IMG/VR virus record: IMGVR_UViG_3300024358_000010
Source: a virus
DNA length: 64,000 bases
Reading direction: 5' to 3' (one strand)
A program made the position numbers and the translations under genes. Each line of letters starts with the position of its first letter. Position 1 is the stretch's first letter. Below the pieces are notes generated by a model. It did no database searches, was not told the DNA's origin, and saw only the letters and a program-made list of their open reading frames with translations. Below, one piece after another: positions 8,970 to 18,199 of this stretch.

Positions 8970-10757
8970 ATGAGCCAGGCCAATCCGAGTACGAATACGA
9001 AGAAAGCTGCATTGAAGTCCGTCGTAAAGGACGACGTTTCGGCGGAACTCATGCAACAATGTCTCAACACGTCGTTGTACGAGTTGACCCGCATGCATCC
9101 GTTTGTCGGATCGACCCTGCAGGTCATGAACATTATGTACTCGTATATGCTGCCAACTGCCGGCGTGACATTTAACGCGGACATGAAACGCTATGAAATG
9201 TACATAAATCCCTATTTTTTCTGCCGTTCTTTGAATGATAAACAGCGCGTCGCCGTGCTCATCCATGAGATGGCCCACATCCTCAATCGTCATCTTATCC
9301 GCGTGCCTTTCATGAAAGTGTCTGATCACAAGCGGATGTTGCTCAACGTGGCAGGCGATCTCGCGATAAACCAGACAATCCAGCATCTTCCGCGCGGCTG
9401 CAAACAATGCCCTCCCCTCGAAGACCAGAAGCAAGGCGCTACCTGCGAGAATGAGTTGTGCCCCGGCATGTGCCTCGACGTGGCCGACTACTACGATGAA
9501 GACGAAGCCACCGGCAAGAAAACACCGTGGCCCAAAAATAAGCCGATGGAGATCTACTTCGAGAAGCTCATGGAGATGTACGAGGAAAACCCAGAAGATC
9601 CCGACACCAAGAGCATCCTCGTCTCGTCTGCTACCACTGACAACCTAGACGTCTCTCCTTCCGGATCCAAGCGCGGCAAAACCCTCACGTTCAACGGCAA
9701 CGGCGCGCAAGTCGTTGATGGCCGTGACCTCAAGATTGGCCAGAACGTCCTCGTCAAGGATCAAACTGATGCCAGGGATAACGGCATCTACGTCGTGACG
9801 GCCGAGGGCGACGATTCTTCTCCTGCGATTCTTACCCGCCTCGAGGCTCATGACGGCTTCGACCAGACCGGCGTCGTGAAGCGCGGCGACGTCGCGGCAC
9901 CCAGATACGGCACGAGTAACGTCGGTAAACTCTTCAAAATTGAAGGCGAAGCCGGTGAGATATTCGACGTCGACACTCAAGACATGATCTGGGAAGAGAC
10001 GAAGGCTAAGGCCGGTAAGGGCAAAGGCAACGGCAAACCCCGCCAGTTCGACGTCCATGACTGGCACGCGAACGCCGAGGAGTCTGAGGTGCTAGACGCG
10101 ACCGAAGACCTCGTCAAGCGCGCCATGGTCAAGCAGGGTCTCGGCTATGACGACCTCCCCTCGTCCATCAAAGAACTCCTGGACGACATCAAGTCTCGCA
10201 AGTCCGAGCTCAACTATAAAGGCCTGATCCTGTCTGCGATCAAGCGCTCCGCGTCTGGTCACGACCGCGACTACTCCTGGACACGCCGAAGCCGCAGGTT
10301 CGGCAACAAAGCCCCAGGCACGAAGGAAGGCGCACTGCCGAAGCTTTCCCTGTTCCTCGACACGTCTGGTTCGATCTCAATCGAAGAGCTCACCTCGTTC
10401 CTCGATATCGTCGATGAGTTTCTCAAGGTTGGCTCTAGGAAATGCGAGCTTAATTTGTTCAGCGATACCAACTACTACACCGATAAGTACAAGCTCGCCG
10501 ACCGGTCGATGCAAGAGAAGATCCGCAAATCTGTCAGCATGGGCGGCACGTGCCTAGAATCAACGCTCAAGCGCATATACGAAACCAAACCTAACCTTTC
10601 GATCATCATCACCGACGGCTGCTACTCTGACGTCAAGTACGAAGAGTGGATGAAACCCGGTCAGCACATGCCTCAGGTTCTATGGATCATCTCCAAGGAC
10701 GGCGTTGAAGATCATCCATTGAAAAGATTGGGCAACACGGTAAAGATACCTAAGTGA
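8970..10757 (+). CDS. DUF2201-type metallopeptidase-VWA protein (MoxR partner) with internal insertion
   Basis: HEMAH (HExxH), NVAGDLAIN, MIDAS DTSGS, GGT, IIITDG; ~130-aa insert at aa ~214-343. Confidence 0.88.
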   Translation: MSQANPSTNTKKAALKSVVKDDVSAELMQQCLNTSLYELTRMHPFVGSTLQVMNIMYSYMLPTAGVTFNADMKRYEMYINPYFFCRSLNDKQRVAVLIHEMAHILNRHLIRVPFMKVSDHKRMLLNVAGDLAINQTIQHLPRGCKQCPPLEDQKQGATCENELCPGMCLDVADYYDEDEATGKKTPWPKNKPMEIYFEKLMEMYEENPEDPDTKSILVSSATTDNLDVSPSGSKRGKTLTFNGNGAQVVDGRDLKIGQNVLVKDQTDARDNGIYVVTAEGDDSSPAILTRLEAHDGFDQTGVVKRGDVAAPRYGTSNVGKLFKIEGEAGEIFDVDTQDMIWEETKAKAGKGKGNGKPRQFDVHDWHANAEESEVLDATEDLVKRAMVKQGLGYDDLPSSIKELLDDIKSRKSELNYKGLILSAIKRSASGHDRDYSWTRRSRRFGNKAPGTKEGALPKLSLFLDTSGSISIEELTSFLDIVDEFLKVGSRKCELNLFSDTNYYTDKYKLADRSMQEKIRKSVSMGGTCLESTLKRIYETKPNLSIIITDGCYSDVKYEEWMKPGQHMPQVLWIISKDGVEDHPLKRLGNTVKIPK

Positions 10758-10766
10758 GGACAGGCG

Positions 10767-11063
10767 ATGGCCGACATTACCAAATGTCCCGGTGTATACT
10801 TAACAGCGTCTGGGGCAAAGTCTTGCCCCTACGCTAAGGGGTGCTACCGTTACACCGTAAAACCATCCATGATGCAGTCGTATATGATGTACGGCCCGTA
10901 TTCCTCTAAAAATCCACTTGGATGCGATTCGTTCTGGATTGATAGAAACCTTAGATTTACTCGAACAGATGAAGAGATAATGTTTGCAAGGTATATATCT
11001 CTTATTATTATGGATAACGTACCTAAAGTTGAATACGACGATGCTCGCGTTAAAATTCTTTAA
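10767..11063 (+). CDS. hypothetical phage protein (Cys-rich)
   Basis: MADITKC...CP...CYRYT pattern. Confidence 0.65.
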   Translation: MADITKCPGVYLTASGAKSCPYAKGCYRYTVKPSMMQSYMMYGPYSSKNPLGCDSFWIDRNLRFTRTDEEIMFARYISLIIMDNVPKVEYDDARVKIL

Positions 11064-11086
11064 ACTCGTTGAAGAACAGGGATAAA

Positions 11087-11605
11087 ATGATACTAGAAAT
11101 TCGAAAATGGCCGGACCCAATTTTACGCCAAAAAACCGTAGCAGTGTCAGTGTTTGACGAGGACTTGGAAAAGTTGGCGCGCGACATGATCGAGACTATG
11201 CGCTCCGCGTCCGGCATTGGGTTAGCAGCTAACCAGGTCGGCGACTCGCGCTGCATGGCGGTCGTGGAAGTCCCATATCTACCTGGCGATAAAGTCGCAG
11301 AATATTTGGGCAAACCTATCGTGCTCGTCAATCCCGCCGTTGTTGAGACCGATGGCTCGGTGCTCAGCGTTGAGGGATGCCTATCGCTGCCGGATACGCA
11401 GGATACGATCCGCAGGTCTAAGACGGTTAAGGTGCGGTACCAGAATCTTTCTGGAGAACACTTAGAGATGGATGCTGAAGGACTCATGGCGCTCTGTCTG
11501 CAGCACGAAATTGACCACCTGAATGGTAAAACATTGATAGAGAAGGCATCGCGGATTAGAAAAGACATGATGATTCGGCGCCTTAAGAAAACAGGGAATT
11601 TGTGA
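11087..11605 (+). CDS. def: peptide deformylase
   Basis: GIGLAANQVG, EGCLS and QHEIDHLNG motifs. Confidence 0.96.
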   Translation: MILEIRKWPDPILRQKTVAVSVFDEDLEKLARDMIETMRSASGIGLAANQVGDSRCMAVVEVPYLPGDKVAEYLGKPIVLVNPAVVETDGSVLSVEGCLSLPDTQDTIRRSKTVKVRYQNLSGEHLEMDAEGLMALCLQHEIDHLNGKTLIEKASRIRKDMMIRRLKKTGNL

Positions 11606-11612
11606 GGAAAAC

Positions 11613-12113
11613 ATGAGTTTAGTAGATAAGATCTGGGATTTTGTAGAAGAATTGATAAAATCTAAGTGCGTCCGATGCGGAAATTCTGTCTCTGGTGGAT
11701 CTAAAGGATCTAGGTGCTCTGAGTGCCGCGCTAAGTTGAACCGGGCGCGCCAAACGCCTGGCCACCCAGAGCGTGCGCAAAACAAGGCTCAGCAGGCGAT
11801 CCGCCGCGAAAAGCACGGCAATGGAACTGCGACCCCGAAGTCTAAAGGTAAGGCAAAATCCAATAAAGAACTTGCGGCTAAGATCCAGCGTGCCGAGAAG
11901 AAGACAGGTCAGAAACTCTCCCCTGATCGCAAGAACAATGGCGAAGGTTACAATTCTAAGAATACCAGGGCCGTGCCAGAAAAGCTTAACCGCGGACGCC
12001 ATAAAGTAGACGGCAAAAAGCTCCGCGAGTGGAAGAAGCGTCTAGCAAAAACTGGCATAACTGAACAAGAACTTAAAGTACTGCTAAAAGCAAAGCTTGA
12101 GGAAAAAGAGTAA
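11613..12113 (+). CDS. basic zinc-finger hypothetical protein
   Basis: CVRC/CSEC pairs; very Lys/Arg-rich; GAGGA RBS. Confidence 0.65.
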   Translation: MSLVDKIWDFVEELIKSKCVRCGNSVSGGSKGSRCSECRAKLNRARQTPGHPERAQNKAQQAIRREKHGNGTATPKSKGKAKSNKELAAKIQRAEKKTGQKLSPDRKNNGEGYNSKNTRAVPEKLNRGRHKVDGKKLREWKKRLAKTGITEQELKVLLKAKLEEKE

Positions 12114-12328
12114 TGATTTTTCAAGTAATCGCACTTACTGCCCTAACCATCGGCGTATCCATGATCTCCTACTGGGTAGGTAGAACAGTAGCCATGAATC
12201 AGATTAAAAGGTATTTGGAAAAATACTTGATGATTGAGAGGGTCTCAAATCAAGTATCAAGACCGTCAAAACCTAATTTGTACGTTTTTAACGGCGGTAA
12301 AAAATCTGAGGATAGACCGTCTAAATGA
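12113..12328 (+). CDS. small membrane protein
   Basis: N-terminal hydrophobic helix; TAATG overlap. Confidence 0.6.
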   Translation: MIFQVIALTALTIGVSMISYWVGRTVAMNQIKRYLEKYLMIERVSNQVSRPSKPNLYVFNGGKKSEDRPSK

Positions 12329-12597
12329 ATTTTGAGTTTAAAGTGTTCGCCGCATGGATCGCATCGTTTATCTTTGCGATCCTCCTCTTTCCCAAAGAGC
12401 GCGGCCGCGATAGTAGCCTTATATGGCTATTCTTCGTGGCGCCTTTGGCATTTATCTTATTGCTGGGTTACCGCGTTTCGAGACTGGACGAAGAACCTAT
12501 AACTGTATCGAACAATGAGTTTATAGTCAAATATAAACTTTTTATGTCGCTGCACAAGCTTAAGGTCCGCAGCATAAACAAGATGATCCAGCGTTAA
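12325..12597 (+). CDS. small membrane protein
   Basis: Two hydrophobic segments; ATGA overlap. Confidence 0.6.
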   Translation: MNFEFKVFAAWIASFIFAILLFPKERGRDSSLIWLFFVAPLAFILLLGYRVSRLDEEPITVSNNEFIVKYKLFMSLHKLKVRSINKMIQR

Positions 12598-12615
12598 TTT
12601 CCGAATCAAATGATC
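12597..12615 (+). promoter_or_regulatory. conserved 19-bp motif ATTTCCGAATCAAATGATC
   Basis: Identical to 8929-8947; ~30 nt before ORF 12645. Confidence 0.7.
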
Positions 12616-12644
12616 TATATCCGTAAACCTGCGAGGTATAAATC

Positions 12645-12932
12645 ATGCTCACTCAGATTCACTTAAAGCTGATCGAGCTCGACCGCCGGAAAGAAGAAGT
12701 AAAGAAGTTCTTCGAAGAATACAAATCTGCCGTAGATGCACTGGTCTCACAGCACGGCATCAATCACGCTTTTCAAGATGACCAGGGCATCGTTTATCAA
12801 TTGGTCGAATTAGACGGCAAATGGGTAAACTTTGAAAAGTTTGGCGTCGAGCGGACTAAGCGCCCCGGTGAGGCGAGAGGATCCCTCTCCGTCAAGAAGG
12901 CCAAAGAACTCGGCTTCAACGTAAAAGAATAA
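12645..12932 (+). CDS. hypothetical protein
   Basis: GAGG RBS; follows the conserved motif. Confidence 0.7.
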   Translation: MLTQIHLKLIELDRRKEEVKKFFEEYKSAVDALVSQHGINHAFQDDQGIVYQLVELDGKWVNFEKFGVERTKRPGEARGSLSVKKAKELGFNVKE

Positions 12933-12941
12933 GAGGAAAAG

Positions 12942-13709
12942 ATGGTTATTCTTAAAGATTCTTACTATGAATCCATGGACCCGATATCGCAGATGGTTGA
13001 ACCGCTCATTTCGCCTCTGCTAGATGTGGCAGAGATCATACCGCATAAATATGCTATACCATTTTCTCAAATAAGAGATCGTGTTCTTGAGTCGTTTAAT
13101 CTTCTCAATCATAAAGATTCATCTATTTCACTGCAAAACGTATATAACAGTGCATATTTCTCAGCGGCCGAGCTGCTAATCGAGCACACCGACGCAGAGA
13201 AACATCTACTGAAACTGGATAATGCGCACCGCGGGTACTACAAAGATCTCTGGGACGTCACCATGCCCATGGATAATATATCGTTTGAGTTGACGCAAGC
13301 TGATTCTGCAGACTTCGGAGAAGTCATCCTGCATTTCGACGATAGCGGTCTAAAGCCAGAAATACTAAAAAATAGATTTTTACTTATTTTTCGAGAAAAA
13401 ATCAACAAGGCGTACGCTAGCAAAGAGCAAGTAAAGCTACTCGTCGATAGCCTATCCTTAAGTCCCAGCCTGGTTAAAGGCAAAACTCACAACGCCGTTT
13501 ACCGTATCGCGTGCGAGCTTAGCGAACTTATCGATGCAGATAAGTGGCGGATTAGATCTACATCTGTGATGGTGGATACCGCAGATGCTATTGTTAGGGT
13601 TTTAGAAGCTAAGCAGGGCTGGGGAGAAGATCTTGCAAATCTTGTGCATCTTAAAATAATGACCCATAGCAACAGTCCGATTTATACTTTCACAAAGGTA
13701 AAAGAATGA
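12942..13709 (+). CDS. hypothetical protein
   Basis: 255-aa ORF with GAGG RBS. Confidence 0.7.
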   Translation: MVILKDSYYESMDPISQMVEPLISPLLDVAEIIPHKYAIPFSQIRDRVLESFNLLNHKDSSISLQNVYNSAYFSAAELLIEHTDAEKHLLKLDNAHRGYYKDLWDVTMPMDNISFELTQADSADFGEVILHFDDSGLKPEILKNRFLLIFREKINKAYASKEQVKLLVDSLSLSPSLVKGKTHNAVYRIACELSELIDADKWRIRSTSVMVDTADAIVRVLEAKQGWGEDLANLVHLKIMTHSNSPIYTFTKVKE

Positions 13710-14197
13710 ACTACGTTCAAAGCCTTAAGGCAGATATAGCAAATCTCTCTGTCAAGGTGCTTATGAAAGCAGACCATCGCCACACCTGGACAGGTAGGAA
13801 TAAGTCAATTCGCTTCGAGACGTGCATAGAAATAGATACGCCAAACAAATTCATTGACTCCCTCTTTATAAGGGGTACCATCGACGGCGGCGTCAGTCTT
13901 GAAGACACCTACATCCGCGTAGTAGAGAATGCGACTCAGCGATGCGTAGATTTTCTAAAACATACACCTAAAAAAAGCAAAGTCGCCCAAAAAGGTGCAG
14001 AAGATCTGCGCGCCATATACCGAATAATGTGGAAACTAGCAGCAGACGACGTGATATCCGAAATTATATTGCGCACATGCGACGTGATCGAAAAAGATCC
14101 TAAATTCACTGTCAAAGACATGCTTAACGTAGTTAAACTGCTCAAGGTTCGGGCATCCCAGCACGTATCAAATCTTTTTACCGAGGAACAAAAATGA
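13706..14197 (+). CDS. hypothetical protein
   Basis: ATGA overlaps on both sides. Confidence 0.65.
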   Translation: MNYVQSLKADIANLSVKVLMKADHRHTWTGRNKSIRFETCIEIDTPNKFIDSLFIRGTIDGGVSLEDTYIRVVENATQRCVDFLKHTPKKSKVAQKGAEDLRAIYRIMWKLAADDVISEIILRTCDVIEKDPKFTVKDMLNVVKLLKVRASQHVSNLFTEEQK

Positions 14198-14571
14198 GAA
14201 AAGTGACCAACGAAGACATTAAAAAATATTACGGCATGGTTGACCATTACATTCGCAAGTCGGTGGTTAAAAACTGGAACGAAGCATCAATGGTTAAATC
14301 CAAACAAAATGTTGCACTAGGCAATTCCGGTCTGACCGTGGCAGATATCCGCCAGTATCTCCTGATGGAGGTGGTCGTCGGCCTGCAGAAGTATAACCCT
14401 GAGTACAGGACGGCAGAAGGCTTGCCTGTCAAAGAGTCAACCTTCATATTCCGGCACCTTCAGAATCGCGGCGGCCAGATGATGAAACGCGTCACCAAGC
14501 GACGCTCTGGCTACGGGTTCTGGACCGTTCAGATTGAGAAGGCCTTAGGCGAGACCAAGGAAGAAGCATGA
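14194..14571 (+). CDS. sigma-70 region-2-like protein
   Basis: DIRQYLLMEVVVGLQKYNPE..KESTFIFRHLQNR resembles sigma region 2.2-2.4; no region 4. Confidence 0.5.
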   Translation: MRKVTNEDIKKYYGMVDHYIRKSVVKNWNEASMVKSKQNVALGNSGLTVADIRQYLLMEVVVGLQKYNPEYRTAEGLPVKESTFIFRHLQNRGGQMMKRVTKRRSGYGFWTVQIEKALGETKEEA

Positions 14572-15332
14572 GAACTTACAATAACATACATCAAGCGTAT
14601 TTAGGCACGATCCAAGATGTCCTAGACAATCCAGATTTTATCTGTGCTCCTCGTAGCCAGAGGATACTAGAGAAGACAGACTATTCATTTCGAGTGCGAG
14701 TGCCGTCTTCTGAGCCGGTCGTCACAGCCGATCCAGAAAGAAACCGTATCATAGCAGAGTATACGGCAAAAGAGATGGCCCTATACGATTCCTGCTCAAA
14801 TTCAGTTGAGGACTTCGCTAAAGCTTCTAAGTTTTGGGAGAAGATCGCCAACCCAGACGGGACGATCAACTCGGCTTACGGGTATCTGATTTGGAGTAAG
14901 AGATCTCAAGGCAACCCTGAGATGGAAAGATGGATAAACCCGTACATACATCCAAAACTTACAGATCGCACTCCCTGGGAGTGGGCAAAGCAGACTCTCA
15001 TTGCCGACAAAGACACACGCCAGGCTGTAATGGCATTCGCACTACCCGAGCATCGCTGGGCAGGCAACAAAGATCAGGTTTGCACCCTGCACGGGAACTG
15101 GCTGATCCGCGATGATTTGCTAAATTTGTCAATCGTTATGAGGAGTAACGATTTGTCGAAGGGGCTAGTGTACGATCTGTCGTGGTTCGTGAGCCTAATG
15201 GATAAGATGGTTCAAGAGCTAAAACCTACTTACCCAAACCTCCACAAGGGAACTTACACGCACACTGCGCACTCAATGCATATCTATGAACGCGATATTC
15301 CGCAGATGAAGAAGATGCTGGGACGCAGTTGA
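14568..15332 (+). CDS. thymidylate-synthase-fold enzyme, dCMP (hydroxy)methylase type
   Basis: TRQA, catalytic Cys in QVCT, MRSND, SMHIYE; Asp 31 residues after the Cys (GLVYD) as in T4 gp42 D179, not Asn as in ThyA. Confidence 0.82.
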   Translation: MRTYNNIHQAYLGTIQDVLDNPDFICAPRSQRILEKTDYSFRVRVPSSEPVVTADPERNRIIAEYTAKEMALYDSCSNSVEDFAKASKFWEKIANPDGTINSAYGYLIWSKRSQGNPEMERWINPYIHPKLTDRTPWEWAKQTLIADKDTRQAVMAFALPEHRWAGNKDQVCTLHGNWLIRDDLLNLSIVMRSNDLSKGLVYDLSWFVSLMDKMVQELKPTYPNLHKGTYTHTAHSMHIYERDIPQMKKMLGRS

Positions 15333-15386
15333 GCTGATTAACTTGGGTATAAAAAATCAAAGGTTAATCAACGTTTCGGAGAAATC

Positions 15387-16103
15387 ATGAAAAAGATCGC
15401 GTCATTTCTAATGTGCATTCCGCTGTTCTTGGGGGCAAACGCTGCCGCGGCGACTACTCGCCACGTGGTTCCTAAAGGTGAAAGAACTTTTTATATCACA
15501 GGGCAAATCGACCCATCTGCTCTACCTGTAGCAAATGGCATCGAAAGGGTGTCTGCTGCAAGTTCAGATCCAATTCATTTAGTTATTAACTCTCCCGGTG
15601 GCATGGTGCTTGTGGGTTTTCAGGTAGAGCAGGCGATGGATATCGCACGCAGCCGTGGAGTTAAAATTGTGTGTACTGTTGGCGTTATGGCGGCAAGCAT
15701 GGCTTTTCAGATCCTGTCACACTGCGACGAGCGGTACGCACTAAAGAAAACCCTTTTGTTATTTCATCCAGCTCGAGTGATTGTTAGAGATCCGATGACT
15801 GCCGACCAAGCACTCATGGTTGGCCACGAACTACGAAAAGTAGACAAGCGAGCCGACAAAGAAAACACCGAGATGATGGGCGTAAAAGATCCAAAATGGC
15901 TTGAGCTGCACAATCGCAACGAAACCCTTTGGGTCGCAGAGGATCTCGTGGAAGAGACGCCTAAAAAATGGCTCAAGATCGTAGATGAAATTGAAACGCC
16001 AGATGGCATTTTTAATCTTGAAACTAGAACTGGTTCTAGCTCTAATCTAAATGAAAAATCTCAAGAACTTAGAAATCTACCGTGGATCATAGTGAACGAC
16101 TGA
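15387..16103 (+). CDS. ClpP-like protease with signal peptide
   Basis: INSPGG, AASMAF (Ser), LFHPA (His); N-terminus MKKIASFLMCIPLFLGANAAAA. Confidence 0.78.
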   Translation: MKKIASFLMCIPLFLGANAAAATTRHVVPKGERTFYITGQIDPSALPVANGIERVSAASSDPIHLVINSPGGMVLVGFQVEQAMDIARSRGVKIVCTVGVMAASMAFQILSHCDERYALKKTLLLFHPARVIVRDPMTADQALMVGHELRKVDKRADKENTEMMGVKDPKWLELHNRNETLWVAEDLVEETPKKWLKIVDEIETPDGIFNLETRTGSSSNLNEKSQELRNLPWIIVND

Positions 16104-16104
16104 T

Positions 16105-16401
16105 ATGGTTTCAGAAACGTCTGCAGCTCAATGGTTAGCAGATCACGTTGGTGCCGATTGGCTTAATGTGACGCGAAAGTCTAATGACGTCGTCGGTACC
16201 AACTTTTTAGTAACGCTTAGATTCAATAAAGATTATTGTCAAAGTCTGATGAAACTACACTGCGATTACTCATCTCATGCAGAGTTGCATCAAACTTTGA
16301 TAAAACACATATCTCAGATGCGCGACGAATTCTTCCTGCTTAACATGCACGCTCTTCCCAATGAAGAGGGTGTAGAACTCGAAACTCGGTCAAGGAAATA
16401 G
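16105..16401 (+). CDS. hypothetical protein
   Basis: Packed ORF. Confidence 0.55.
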   Translation: MVSETSAAQWLADHVGADWLNVTRKSNDVVGTNFLVTLRFNKDYCQSLMKLHCDYSSHAELHQTLIKHISQMRDEFFLLNMHALPNEEGVELETRSRK

Positions 16402-16402
16402 C

Positions 16403-16966
16403 ATGGGGTGCGATTCTCACTTCTTTCTAGAAAGAAGAGTAAATAACGGCCCATGGCACTTAGACCCAGGGCATAAGTTTCTTGAAGATCCTAGGGATGG
16501 AGGAGTCCATCCTTTGGAGATACCCTCTCTCTCTGGGAGAAGTTATTATTTGTTTGGCTTGATTGCAGGAGTCAGGTCCTACGACGTAACTCCTATCGCA
16601 CAACCTCGTGGCTTGCCCAATGACGTTAGCAAAGAAATCTTATCTTATTTTACAGATTACAAGCCAGACTTTCACACGCCGACGTACTTAACGCCTAAAG
16701 AGCTCGAAAAAGCTTTAAATAAATACTATAAATATATAAGAAAAGCGCATCCTGAAACTGATGAGCTCTATCTATCCTCGCTAATTGACGCCCCTGCAGA
16801 AGACGCTTTTAGATACAACACGCGACTAAGTGATGATTTCATCAGGATTAACTCGTCAATCATAAAATATATCCGATCCCATCTTGATTGGGAAAAGGTA
16901 GAGAATAAATTATTAGGCGCAAAGAACAAAACCGAGTACAGAATAATCGTCTGGTTTGATTCGTAA
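16403..16966 (+). CDS. conserved phage hypothetical protein
   Basis: MGCD.H...LFG.IAGVR...PRGLP.DVS...WFD pattern common in phages. Confidence 0.75.
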   Translation: MGCDSHFFLERRVNNGPWHLDPGHKFLEDPRDGGVHPLEIPSLSGRSYYLFGLIAGVRSYDVTPIAQPRGLPNDVSKEILSYFTDYKPDFHTPTYLTPKELEKALNKYYKYIRKAHPETDELYLSSLIDAPAEDAFRYNTRLSDDFIRINSSIIKYIRSHLDWEKVENKLLGAKNKTEYRIIVWFDS

Positions 16967-17386
16967 TTGATGGAGATTTCTATGAGCTCTTCCGATGGGT
17001 TTGTGCCTCAGATCGAGTCTATGGACCTTAGATCGCTATATGATCAACTTTTTATCGTAGCAGTCTCAACTGGCGCCAGAGATGATGGACGTCTTTTGGC
17101 GAAGACTATCCATGGCCCGTACTCATTCGACGAGATGCTGGGTGAAGTTGGAAGAATGTGGAACGAATCGCAAGATAACGCGAAAGTGTACATCCTAGAA
17201 AAAGATTATAAAAAGAAGCCTAAATGGCTAGACGCCAAAACTATTGACTATATTCAGGCAAAATACGTGGATATAATCATGGAGCGCATGATTGGATCAG
17301 ATGACAAGCCATATACGGTTGTAGCTGGCGTGGTAGAAGATCGCGAAACAGAAGAAACAAAACAGCAGGAGAATACTGATGTCTGA
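16967..17386 (+). CDS. hypothetical protein
   Basis: Packed ORF; true start may be ATG 16982 after GGAG. Confidence 0.65.
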   Translation: MMEISMSSSDGFVPQIESMDLRSLYDQLFIVAVSTGARDDGRLLAKTIHGPYSFDEMLGEVGRMWNESQDNAKVYILEKDYKKKPKWLDAKTIDYIQAKYVDIIMERMIGSDDKPYTVVAGVVEDRETEETKQQENTDV

Positions 17387-18185
17387 TTTAATTAAAGAAT
17401 ACGCTGGCGGTATGCCATGCAAAGGTCACGCAGAAGACGGCGATTCTTTGCTATGGGCCGGTCTCCTTCATGCATCTGGGATGAGGTTGGATGAATCTAT
17501 TGTCGCATCCCAAACAGATGATGGGCAATTTTTTAGATCCCCTCTGCGTGCAGAGAACGCTCGCCACGGTTTAGTTGAACTGAATTCATTCAGTCGAGAT
17601 ATGTCAACTGGACTTAATTTGGCCGCCGCTGCGGACTCTGCGCCATTTAAAGTTATTGATGCGTACGAGGCGTGGATTGATTATATCCGTAAAAATGGAT
17701 GCAGGGCATGCAAAGACACCGATGGCAGATGCATAATGACGCCAGCTAACTTCTGGATGGCTTCGTACGCCGGAGCAGACAACATCCCAGTTGGGTATGA
17801 GCTTACAAGATGGTTAAATAAACCCTATTTGCTTGTGGCGTCTACTTTTAACCCCAAAGGGTTCCAACTTCATCTAGTTGGCGTAAGCATATTCGCCATG
17901 GTTTTCCATTATGGTTCGCGAAAAAAGCTCCCTATCTCGCTGAGATTGGCCTGCGCGATGCTTAAACGACGCCAACCAAAAAACGCTTTCTTCGCATGGC
18001 TAGCTGGTGACAACGAGCATGCTAAAAAAATTAATGACGCTATCAAAGCACACCTAGCGGTCAACGGCCAGGGCGACAGAAGGCACCAGTGGTGCTGGGA
18101 GCGCGACGACGCCGAAGAAGCTTGGCGCGATTCTTGCGGGTGGGATGTAGAGTTTATTGATAATTTACTAAAACTGTCTATATAA
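17379..18185 (+). CDS. hypothetical protein (helical, Trp-rich)
   Basis: AGGAG RBS, 268 aa. Confidence 0.7.
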   Translation: MSDLIKEYAGGMPCKGHAEDGDSLLWAGLLHASGMRLDESIVASQTDDGQFFRSPLRAENARHGLVELNSFSRDMSTGLNLAAAADSAPFKVIDAYEAWIDYIRKNGCRACKDTDGRCIMTPANFWMASYAGADNIPVGYELTRWLNKPYLLVASTFNPKGFQLHLVGVSIFAMVFHYGSRKKLPISLRLACAMLKRRQPKNAFFAWLAGDNEHAKKINDAIKAHLAVNGQGDRRHQWCWERDDAEEAWRDSCGWDVEFIDNLLKLSI

Positions 18186-18199
18186 CATAGAGTAAACGT

